Source: Octopus vulgaris (taxonomy: Eukaryota). Taken from it: a DNA stretch of 64,000 nucleotides. The notes under the pieces were generated by a model. That model did no database searches. It saw only the letters and a list, made by a program, of their open reading frames with translations, and was not told the DNA's origin. Position numbers and translations under genes: made by a program. Location: the NCBI GenBank assembly GCA_951406725.2, contig OX597836.1:48484001-48548000 (forward strand), in the 5' to 3' direction. Below, piece by piece: positions 26,962 to 38,141 of this stretch. How positions within the stretch are numbered: the first letter of the stretch is position 1; each line of letters starts with the position of its first letter.

Positions 26962-26963
<2 letters not shown>
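26844..26963 (-). pseudogene. 5S rRNA-derived sequence (full length, ~120 nt), head of a chimeric SINE-like element
   Basis: Minus strand GCTTACGGTCATATCACGTTGAAAGCATCGGTTCTCGTCTGATCACTGTAGTTAAGCAACGTCGAGCCTAGTCAGTCCTTAGATGGGTGACCGCTTGGGAAACCTAGGTGCAGTAAGCAT matches metazoan 5S with box A and box C; single copy, no oligo-T terminator. Confidence 0.9.
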
Positions 26964-27018
<55 letters not shown>

Positions 27019-27484
27019 GTGAGTTAGTTAAAGCTAAGCATTTTCTATATGTATGTATACACATATCATTTCTGTGCTTTTTCATTTTGACTGTGGCCAT
27101 GCTGGGGCACCATCTTGAAGAATTTTAGTTGAACAAATCAAGCCAAGGACTTGTTTTATTTTTAAGCCTGCTACTTATACTTTCATTCTCTTTTGCTGTT
27201 ATGGGGACGTAAACAAACCCACACCATCAGCAAACGGTGGTACAAACACATATGCACATATATATATACATATATACATATACATACATACATACATATA
27301 TATGACGGGCTTCTTTCAGTTTAATTCTACCAAATCTGCTCAACAGGCTTTGGTCAGCCCAGGGTTATATATACACACACACGCATACACAAATGTCTTC
27401 TGTACTAGGTATATATGTATGTATATACACATATACACACACATACATAAAGTAGTTATATATACAATAAATCTGCAGAGATAG

Positions 27485-27535
<51 letters not shown>

Positions 27536-28289
27536 ACAGGGAAACCCATCTTCAATCAGAGAAGAGACAGTATTTGGGGGTCATATTTCAATTTATATTT
27601 CTAGGCCCCAGCAGAGACTAGTAACCATACATGAAATCAGCAGTGGGGGTGGTACCAGTAGGGACAGACACTAATAGCTGGGAGTCCCTACAATAGTCTA
27701 AACAAGCCAACCTCTCTTGCTCCCTGATTACAACTGACTGACAAAGTAATGCAGGGCTGACTCAGCTCTCTGAACGGATGTGTGTGTGTGTATGTATAAT
27801 GGTACATAATATCTGTATATTTTTGGGTGTTCATATTTTTATATTCCTTTGTTTGAGTCATTAGACTGTGGCCATTTTGGTACCTATTCTATTGGCCACT
27901 TTTTACTGAAATGCTAGCTTATGAAGAAATAAACAAACCAACACTGGTTAACCTAAACGAACAACACGTGCACACAAGATTCATAGTGACAAATGCCAAC
28001 ACTGAACCAATGCTATTTCCATTTTGTTTCTCCATTCCATCTGGTTTCAAATTCAGTTCCAATGCACAACACCTTGGCCAAGAGTCTGACCAATGCTTTG
28101 TGAGTGGATTTGGTAAATGGAAACTGTGAGGAATCCTATTGTGTGTGTGAGTACCTTTGTGTTTGTCTCCCCACCATCACTTGACAAATGGTATTGGTTT
28201 GTTTTCATTGCTGTAACCTAGCAGTTCAGCAAAAGAGATTGCCAGAATAAGCATCAGATGCAAAATAAGCAGAGTGGGACCTCGCAGTA

Positions 28290-28616
28290 CGAGTGATTTG
28301 CTGTACGAGCAGAGACTCAAGCAAATTTTTCTCTTGAAGTACGAACACACAAATTGTCCCATCTTTAAGGTAATTCAGTTAATAAAACCAGTTTTATTTT
28401 GCATTCTCTTTTTTATAATTGTCATTTTACTGGTGACGACACCTTTTCTGTATTAAAACCAACAAGATATTTATTTTGAGTGGTTTTTGGGGACTGGAAT
28501 GGATTAATTATATTTTAGTTAATTTCAATGGGGAAAATTGATTTGTAAAACAAGTAAATTGTAAGACGAGCTTGGTCATGGAACGAATTAAACTCATACT
28601 GCGAGGTATCACTGTA
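28290..28616. mobile_element. Tigger/pogo-type MITE
   Basis: Inverted ends agtgggacctcgcagtacgagt / actcatactgcgaggtatcactgta. Confidence 0.65.
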
Positions 28617-28888
28617 CTGCAGTTGATGTGTGTTCAACTAAATCGTTCAAAGTGGTGCTCCAGTATGGCTGCTGTCCAATGACTGAAAGAAGTGGGAAAT
28701 TAAAGGCAAAGAAAGGCATCTATTAACATCAAAATCACCCAACAACTATGACACACTAAATTATAAGTCCCCACCAAAAATAAAAAAAAAAGTTCTATCC
28801 TGTTGCCCGTGGGTCAGTCCACCTAATATCCTCATTAGAAGCTGTTCTAAGTGGTGCGCCACATGGAGTGCCTGGTGACTTGTGGAGG

Positions 28889-29097
28889 TTAAACCCTTTA
28901 GCATCCAGAATGCTCTGTCAAAATTAATGCTTACGTATTCAGTGTTTTTAATTAATTATACATTATCTCAAAGCTCTGAAATTTGAATGATATAATTGTT
29001 TATCTTGAGAATGGACTAAAAGGTGCGAAAGGTCAGATCTAGCAGTTTGAATGTAAAACAGGCAGAATATTTAGGTTGGATATGGCTTAAGGTTTAA
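28889..29097. mobile_element. piggyBac-type MITE (same family as 2461-2685)
   Basis: ccctttagcatccagaatgctctgtcaaa...aaacaggcagaatatttaggttggatatggct aligns by eye to the 2461 copy. Confidence 0.65.
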
Positions 29098-30974
29098 AGA
29101 TATAATTTGTTCATGGTTGAGCAACTTGAAAGATATAAATTTGTCATAGCCGAGTGGATAACAAGGATACATTGCAACCATGTGGTTTCAGGTTCAGATT
29201 CATTGCTTGGCACCTTGGGCAAGTGTCTTCTATTATAGCCCCAGGCCAACCAATGCCTTGTGAGTGAATTTGGTAGAGAGAAACTGTAAAGCAGCCTGTT
29301 ATGTATGTATATGTATGTATGTGTGTGAGTATATATGTGCATGTATATATCTCCTTAGTGCAGGTTCTGCCACATAGGAAGCACCCAATCTAAATTGTAA
29401 AGTGGTTGGTGTTAGGAAGGACATCCAGTTGTAGAAATGGTACCAAAACAGACAACTGGAGCCTGGTGCAGTTCTCCTATCAAACCATTCAAACCCACAT
29501 CAGCATGGAAAACGGATGTTAAATGATGATGAGGATGATGGTGTGTGTGTGTGTGTGCATCTTTAACTTTGTTCTCATACTACTTCACAACTGGTGTTGG
29601 TTTGTTTATGTCCCTGGTTGAGCAAAAAGAAGCCAACAGAATAAGTATGAGTACTGGGGTCAGCCTTTCATGGTGACCCTTCAGCAAAGTCAGAGTCCGA
29701 TGACTGAACGAAAAATGAGAGTAATTAATTAAATCAAGGGAAGTGATAGTTTCATAATGAATCTTTAGCCCTTAAACTTAGTTGTTGCTGTTGTAGCTTT
29801 TATAAACCCCATGTGAAATGCACCAGTAAATAAAAATGCTTGTATTTAATCTCCGGGGCATCAAAGGTTAAGAAACACACCTGTAAGCGGTAGCACTGTT
29901 AAAATGACCAGTGTCTTTTGTTAGCTTGAAGTGCTGAGTTGCTGACCCACTCACCCTATTCCCACTGAAGCCTCAGTCTTACATAAAATATTCATAAACT
30001 CCAATCATATAAAGATGGAGACAATTATAGGTTCTCTACATTCCTATAGCTGCATGTTTGTGTGTGTACATACACACACACACATAGATATATATAAGTC
30101 TAGTGGTGGTCAGCCCTTGGGTAGGTCCTGTACATGGGAACCTTCTTCAACACTATATGACATGGGAGGGCTTGTTCCCACTGCTGCTGCCGTTAAATAA
30201 ATTACTGGAACTTTGTCTCTCCATGACTAGAGACGAATGCTGGAGTGGATTCTCCAGTCAGGTGGGATTTGAACTCAGAGAGCTGGAAGATATACCATAA
30301 AACATCTCTGCCACTCTCCTGCCTGCAGAGCAACGTGAAATGAAGTGTTTTGGTCAAGAACATAATGCACCACTCGATCCAGGAATCGAACTCACAGTCT
30401 AGTAACATGAGTGCAATACTCTAACCACTAGATAGCGTGCCTTCACACACACACACACACACATATATAGATATATATTTTCCTTACTATGTGGTTTTGG
30501 TTTCAGTCCTACTTTGTTGCTCATTGGTCAAAGTGTCTTCTACTTTAGCCCTGAAGCAACCTAAGTCCTGTGTCAAGCAAAACTAAAAGAAGCCCATCAT
30601 GTGTGTGTGTGTGTGTGTGTACATATATATATATATAAATAATGATAATTTATTAAGTAACTAGAAGATAGATTTGGTATTAATCATTATTTTGTACAAC
30701 AGTCATTTCAACCCGTCCTGCTATTGTCCCCTATGGGTGGGACTCCATTCAACATGTGTTGCATCCATTTTGCTGTCTGGGTCTCATAAAGTATATCCAT
30801 ATATAAAGTTGTGTTGAAATGACCGTTGTACAAAATAAAGATTAATACCAAATCCATCTTCTGGTTACTTAAGAAACTATTATCATTATCTCAACTAACA
30901 CTGCAGAGTTCCTGAAGTAGCTCCAACGGAAACATACCCCAACTACGGATGGCACCAGATGGCCCAAACTGTGT

Positions 30975-31262
30975 CAGTGCTACTTAAAGTGGTGGTCTGT
31001 GGACCGGTGCTGGTCTGCGAGCCATCAGCTGCCGGTACACAGCAAGTTTCCAGAAAAGAAAGAAACATTATAAAATGCTTATGTAATATTGCATTATTTG
31101 TTTACAACTAAATATAAGATAAAAAAAAAATTGTTCACTTTTATTATATTCATTATATATTGTTTCTGGTATAAATTAATATTACTAAGAAATATTACTG
31201 GTTCCTGGCACACAAAAAAAAGCCTGCCGGTACGCCACATCAGATAGTTTCAGAAGCATCAC
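30975..31262. mobile_element. hAT (Charlie-like) MITE
   Basis: Starts cagtgctacttaaagtggtggtc..ggaccgg and ends tttcagaagcatc; AT-rich interior. Confidence 0.55.
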
Positions 31263-32541
31263 TCTATTCAACACTCTAATCAACATACACCCATTAGTCC
31301 AAAATATAAAATAAATATATATAAACACAGGCAGACACACCATATTTATTCATGTATAATATGCACTTTATGCATGAAAACTAAATGTAACCCATTTTTG
31401 GCCAGTCACCCCAAATGTAGAGACAGTTACACCATAACTATGTTTGCGATGGCATGACTGGAAGTAATTCATATCTATAGTACAATCTAATGTATAATGA
31501 GTAATATAAATCATCGTCTGCATTCCATGCTGGCATGGGTTGGACAGTTTGACAGGAGCCTGCACCAGACTTCTGTCTGTTTTGGCAGGGTGTTTATGAC
31601 TGGATGCCCTTCCTAACATCAACCACCCAACAGAGTGGATTGAGTGCCTTCTATGTAGCACGAGCAAGCATAGGTGAGGTCAGTTTTGGCAAGGCTTTTA
31701 CAGCTGGATGCCCTTCCATACACCAACCCCTTTACAGTGTGGACAGAATGCCTTATGTGGCAGCAGCACTGGCAGGGTCACCACGTAACTTGCAAGACAA
31801 AGATCTTTTGAGAGGGGAGGGGGCATTGGAGGAGGTGAGCTTGTGTCAGATGATGAAAGGTTAGGGTGAGGCAGAGAGACAGAAACAGGTGTCTTGCTGT
31901 AGAGGAAGTACAAAGTTACTTGGCTGAGGAGAGAGCAGGAAGGAGGACAGAAACAGGTATGCTGCTGTAAAGGAGGTACGTGGTTACCCAGCCTCAGGGA
32001 AGAGCAAGAGGAAGAGAGAGAGAGAGGGAGGGAGTAGGAGAGAGATGGCGGCAGAGTGCCAGGCATATTCACAAGGGACAGGGATCAGAATATAAATGGG
32101 ATGGTCGAGGAAAAGAAGAGAGAGAGAGATGGTAGCAAGTGGCAGAGTATACCCACTAAGGTACAGTGGTAATAATATAATCCGCAGGACATTGCCAAAG
32201 AAGCTTGAGTAGAGAGTGGTGAAAACCTGGGTATACAGAGGGGGTGGGGGTGGGGGCTACTGGATAGCAATGACAAGGACAGGATTGAGGAGTGAGAGGT
32301 AAGCATAGGGTGTGAAAGAAGAGATGTTGTTTGGTTAGGGTTAAAAGTTACCATAACATTATGTTATGTCTTTGCATGAATGATAATATATTACAGGTTT
32401 GGCATTAATGTCATCAACCAGTAATAAAAAAGGATAGTAATATCGAAAATATTGAAAATATCATTTTAATTAAGGTGAAGACTTAACTGATAAACATTGA
32501 GTATAATACATAAATACTGTCATTAGCAAAATATGAACGCT

Positions 32542-32713
32542 AGGCGCAGGAGTGGCTGTGTGGTAAGTAGCTTGTTTACCAACCACATGGTTCCGGGTTC
32601 AGTCCCACTGCGTGGCACCTTGGGCAAGTGTCTTCTACTATAGCCTCGGGCCGACCAAAGCCTTGTGAGTTGATTTGGTAGACAGAAACTGAAAGAAGCC
32701 TGTCGTATATATA

Positions 32714-32746
<33 letters not shown>

Positions 32747-32941
32747 CTGTGTTTGTCCCCCTAGCATTGCTTGACAACCGATGCTGGTGTGTTTATGTCC
32801 CCGTTACTTAGCGGTTCGGCAAAGGAGACCGATAGAATAAGTACTGGGCTTACAAAAAGAATAAGTCCCGGGGTCGAGTTGCTCGATTAAAGGCGGTGCT
32901 CCAGCATGGCTGCAGTCAAATGACTGAAACAAGTAAAAGAG
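32542..32941 (+). mobile_element. Abundant tRNA-derived SINE with internal TA/TG microsatellite (full length)
   Basis: Head gtggctgtgtggtaag..gggttcagtccc (A/B boxes), accttgggcaagtgtcttct body, tail aaggcggtgctccagcatggc..actgaaacaagtaaaaga. Many partial copies across the window. Confidence 0.85.
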
Positions 32942-33299
32942 TTAACTGAAAGAAATTTGTCATCTTGAAATATTATAATTATTATTACGAATTATCACTA
33001 TGCATGTTTCTAGTGAAAGAACAAAAGTATTTAATATCAAAATTATATTAACGATAGATTAACGAAGCATGATGGGTTTTGCATCTTAGTCATTGTCTAA
33101 AATTATTTCAATTATTCCAGCAAGTATGGGAGACAATTCTGGAATGGTATTTAGTCTCAGACGAAATACAAACTTTACTGTATTTGCCAAAGCAGTGAGG
33201 AGAGAATCCCCAAAAGTAGAGGCACAATGTTACACACGAATCAGATGAAATGCAACATATTGCAGGAGATTAACAAATTGTTGAGAGAAATTATTCATA

Positions 33300-33765
33300 C
33301 ACACATCCGTTTTCCATGCTGGTATGGGTTGGGCAGTTTGACAAGGATCTGGCAAGCCAGAGAGCTGCACAACGCTCCTATTGTCTGTATGGGCATGGTT
33401 TCTACAGTTGGATGCCCTTCCTAATACCAACCACTTTACAGAGTGTACCGGGTACTTTTTATGTGGCACCAGCATGGGTGCTTTCATCATCATCATCGTT
33501 TAACGTCTGTTTTCCATGCTGGCATGGGTTGGACGGTTCGACTGAGGTCTGGAAAGCCAGGAGGCTGCACCAGGCACCAGTCTGATCTGGCAATGTTTCT
33601 ACAGCTGGATGCCCTTCCTAACGTCAACCACTCCGAGGGTGTAGTGGGTGCTTTTTATGTGCCACCGGCACAGGGGACAGAGAGGGCTGGCATTGACCAT
33701 TATTGGATGGTGCTTTTTACATGCCACCAACACGGAAGCCAGTCAAAGCGGCTGGATCCGGCATG
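33300..33765 (-). mobile_element. Two adjacent RTE-tail short elements
   Basis: catcatcgtttaacgtctgttttccatgctggcatgggttggacgg...gctggatgcccttcctaac pattern occurs twice. Confidence 0.75.
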
Positions 33766-34507
33766 AGGACCACAGCTACAATTTCCATTTGATTGTGATT
33801 TGATATTTATTTTGATGTTGATGTACTTGACTCAATAGGTCTCCTCAAGCATGACATGTCGCCCTAAGATCCAAGGGTCCTTTTCTAGTTGGCTGGTTAT
33901 GTGACACTGGTGTAGGTTACATATGTGCGTGTATGTGTGAATGGATATTATATATAAGAAATTATTTAAGCATTGAGTATGTGCCAAGTAAGTTAGCTAA
34001 TAAAGCATGTCCACTGTCTATGGCTACCTGATGTCATCCATGGTATCTAAGCAACTGTTGCAGGATCCACTTCAGGAATTCCTCAGTGTTTGTTGAGTAT
34101 ATAACAAATGAGAGAGATGCAAAATGGAATATATGAAAAACTCTATTTGCTCATGATGATCATTTCAACCCATCTTCCATTGAATCCTTCGTGCAGAAGA
34201 GTCTCATTAAAGGGGCATCTCATTCAATAAGCCCTATTTCTCTGTGTTTTGATGTCGTTAGTGACTGTAGGTTTAAGACCTTGGGTAGGAATGGCCAGGG
34301 GCAGATTCCGTTGCACTGTTATAAACAGTTGTTTACAATGCATTTAGTTGTAAATCAATGGCAGGGAGTAAAGAATAAAAAGAAATATACAAAAGAGTAA
34401 AAAATTACATGAATAAGTAGACATCCAGATACTTCCACACCCACGCTTGTGAAGATGTGTGTATATACACACCTGTGAATGTGTGTGTATATATACATTT
34501 GTGAATG

Positions 34508-34553
<46 letters not shown>

Positions 34554-35199
34554 CAGACTTGTGTGTGTGTCTGTGTGTGTGTATATATATATATATATAT
34601 CGGAGTAAACACATAAATGTGAAACAAGGTGGAAAAAAGAGTACTCAAATACCAGTGGTAGAGTAATATACTTTATTTAAAGCAGCAGAAAATTCAACAA
34701 AAACCTGTTGCCGGCAACGGGAAACTCAGAGTAACAGGTTTTGTTGAATTTTCTGCTGCTTTAAATAAAGTATATATATATATATATATATATAGATAGA
34801 TAAGTGTATGTTGATATGTATATGAGGGTGTGTGTACAATAGCCATAAAAAGATATATGAACAACAAAGATGACCGCGTTCCAGTCATGTGAAACACTGT
34901 TCCTGGTATGGCAGTAGGGGATGAGACAGGGTGGATGCCTCTCAGAGAGTTAAGAACATCTACTTAACTGCACGAGTGAGAGTGTGTGTGTGCGTGCACA
35001 GGACCACAAGTGTGGGTACAGAAGTATCTGGATGTCTACTTACGCATATAATTGTTTTACTTTATTGTATATTACTTTTTTTTTTTTATTTACCCCCTGT
35101 CACTGATTTACAACTAAATACATGTAAACAACTATTTATAACAGTGCAATGGAATCTGTCCCCTGCCATTCCTGCCCAAGGGGCTTAAACCTACGGTCA

Positions 35200-35779
35200 T
35201 CCCCCTCCAAAGAAGGCAAGGGTGCAGCCCTCCGCTGGCAAGGTCATGCTCACAGTCTTCTGGGACCAGGACGGAGTAGTGATGACATATTTCCTGGCAA
35301 AGGGTACCACAATTGCAGGAGCCTATTATGCTGCACTTTTGAGGAAATTAAGAGAAGTTATCAAAATCAAGAGGCGGGGCAAGATCAGCAAAGGCATCCT
35401 CCTCCTGCAGGACAACGCTCCGGTCCACAACTCGCTTGTCACCAGATCAGAAGCACAGGCGTATGGCTATGAACTCCTCCCCAGCCCCCCTACTTTCCTG
35501 ACCTTGCACCCTCTGATTTTCACCTCTTCCCAATCATGAAGTTGTTTTTGAAAGGAAAGCGTTTCCCAGATGATGCAGCCTTGATTTCTGAAGTCACGTT
35601 GAGGTTGGAGGACCAAGCTGGGTTCTTCTACAAAAATGGTCTCCAGAGCCGCATCAAACGATGGGAGAAATGCGTAACTCTGGGTGGTTCCTATGTAGAA
35701 AAAGAATAACTGTGGCAAGTTTCGTTGCTCTACTGCTATGGGAAGTGGGTCAGGGGCATTACTTATTGAACGCCCCTCG
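35200..35779 (+). mobile_element. Mariner transposon, 3' half (irritans/Hsmar2-like end)
   Basis: GKVMLTVFWD...KRRGKISKGILLLQDNAPVH, degraded YSPDLAP region, terminal acttattgaacgcccctcg followed by TA. Confidence 0.88.
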
Positions 35780-35964
35780 TATATATATATATATATATAT
35801 ATGCAGGAGTGGCTGTGTGGTAAGTAGCTTGCTAACCAACCACATGGTTCCGGGTTCAGTCTCACTGCGTGGCATCTCAGGCAAGTGTCTTCTGCTATAG
35901 CCCCGGGCCGACCAATGCCTTGTGAGTGGATTTGGTAGATGGAAACTGAAAGAAGCCTGTCGTA

Positions 35965-36003
<39 letters not shown>

Positions 36004-36238
36004 TGATTTGGTTTGATTTTGACTATACTCTTTTTACTCTTTTAGTTGTTTCAGCCATTTAACTGCAGCCATGCTGGAGCACCACCTTTAGTCGAGCAAA
36101 TCGACCCCGGGACTTATTCTTTGTAAGCCCAGTACTTATTCTATCTGTCTCTTTTGTTGAACCGCTACAGTGACGGAGACATAAACACACCAGCATCAGT
36201 TGTCAAGCAATGCTAGGGGGACAAATGCATACACACAA

Positions 36239-36286
<48 letters not shown>

Positions 36287-36569
36287 TTGTGTGTATGCAT
36301 TTGTCCCCCTAGCATTGCTTGACAACTGATGCTGGTGTGTTTATGTCTCCGTCACTTAGCGGTTCAACAAAAGAGACAGATAGAATAAGTACTGGGCTTA
36401 CAAAGAATAAGTCCCGGGGTCGATTTGCTCGACTAAAGGTGGTGCTCCAGCATGGCTGCAGTTAAATGGCTGAAACAACTAAAAGAGTAAAAGAGTATAG
36501 TCAAAATCAAAATCAAACCAAATCAATACATATATCAGAAAGCAGAACCAAATTGAGGTCGATCAACAT

Positions 36570-37062
36570 CAGGGCCCCCGTGCAGGTGACACGTAAAAGC
36601 ACCATCCGTTCGTGGCCGTTTGCCAGCCCTGTCTAGCCCCCGTGTCGGTGGCACATAAAAGCACCATCCGTTCGTGTTCGTTGCCAGCCTCGCCTGGCCC
36701 CCGTGCCGGTGACACGTAAAAGCACCATCCGTTTCGTGGCCGTTTGCCAGCTCTGTCTGGCCCCCGTGTTGGTGGCACGTAAAAGCACCATCCGTTCTTG
36801 TCCGTTGCCAGCCTCGCCTGGCCCCCGTGCTGGTGACACGTAAAAGCACCATCCGTTCGTGGCCGTTTGCCAGCTCTGTCTGGCACCTGTGCGGGTGGCA
36901 CGTAAAAAGCACCCACTACACTCACGGAGTGGTTGGCGTTAGGAAGGGCGTCCAGCCGTAGAAACACTGCCAGATCTGACTGGGCCTGATGAAGCCTTCC
37001 AGCTTCACAGACCCCAGTTGAACCGTCCATGGAGAACGGATGCTAAATGATGATGATGATGA
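36570..37062 (+). mobile_element. RTE 3'-UTR-derived element with ~60-bp tandem array
   Basis: About six units of ccccgtgccggtggcacgtaaaagcaccatccgttcgtggccgtttgccagc, then the shared RTE tail (cactcacggagtggttggcgttaggaagggc...gatgatgat). Confidence 0.8.
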
Positions 37063-38091
37063 TAATGATATATATAGTCCCATCCATGCCAACATGGGAC
37101 GTGGGTATTAAGTGATGATGATATATATATATATATATTATACACACACACACACACAGATGAGGGTGTGGGGCATGTGCTGTAGTCCTATTTGTTGGTG
37201 ATTCCCTGCTGTTCCTGATGGATGACACTTTTGCACCATTCAGGCAACAACCCTCCGACCTAACCTAGTTGCATCTGTTCTTTGGCATACTGCCCCCCCC
37301 ACACACACACTTGAAAATCAGAAAAGGATTGGTGACAGAATGAGCATCCAGCTGTAAAAATCCTATAACAAATACCTCCTCTATCTAAACATGCCAGTAC
37401 AGAAGATAAGATGTTGAAGGATGAACAGATATATATATATATATATATTGTATATTTAAATGAATAATGTATAAAAACAGTTAAACATCAAACTGACCGA
37501 CTGTTCAACACTTTTCAATAGGACAACATTTTATATAACCAAATTTTCAAGGGAAATGCCAACCTTTAACATATAAAAATTATATATAAGGGCATCAAGC
37601 TGTAGAAACTCTGCCAGATCAGATTGTAGTCTGGTTTGCCAGACCTCAGTCAAATCGTTCAACCCATGCTAGCATGGAAATGCAGATGTTAAATGATGAT
37701 GATGATGATGATCACCGTCATCATTTAAGATCACTTTTCCATGCTTGCTTTGATCAGAGTTAAATTGAGGCAGATTTCAACAGTCAGATGCCCTTCCTGT
37801 CATCAGCATTCACTTCTTTCCAAGCAAGGTAATGTTTCTCTATGGCCAAATATGTTTTCACAATATACTGGAAATGAATGACACTGCTTGTATGACAGGG
37901 ACACTCATTTACAACTACCATGCACTCACATACACACGACTGACTTCTTTCTGTCCACCAAATCCACTCACAAGACTTTGGTCAACTTGGGGCTATAGTA
38001 AAAGACACCTGTCCAAGGTGTCATGCAGTGGAATTGAAGGCAGAATCATGTGGCTAGAAAGTGAACTTCTTATCACACTGCCACACCTGCA

Positions 38092-38141
<50 letters not shown>

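Noticed and set aside
26844-26963. Functional 5S rRNA gene
   Set aside because: Solitary, no oligo-T terminator, apparent substitutions relative to typical 5S, and fused to a SINE tail.
36575-36915. CRISPR-like repeat-spacer array
   Set aside because: The variable parts are homologous to each other, there are no cas genes, and the array is part of a eukaryotic RTE 3' UTR.
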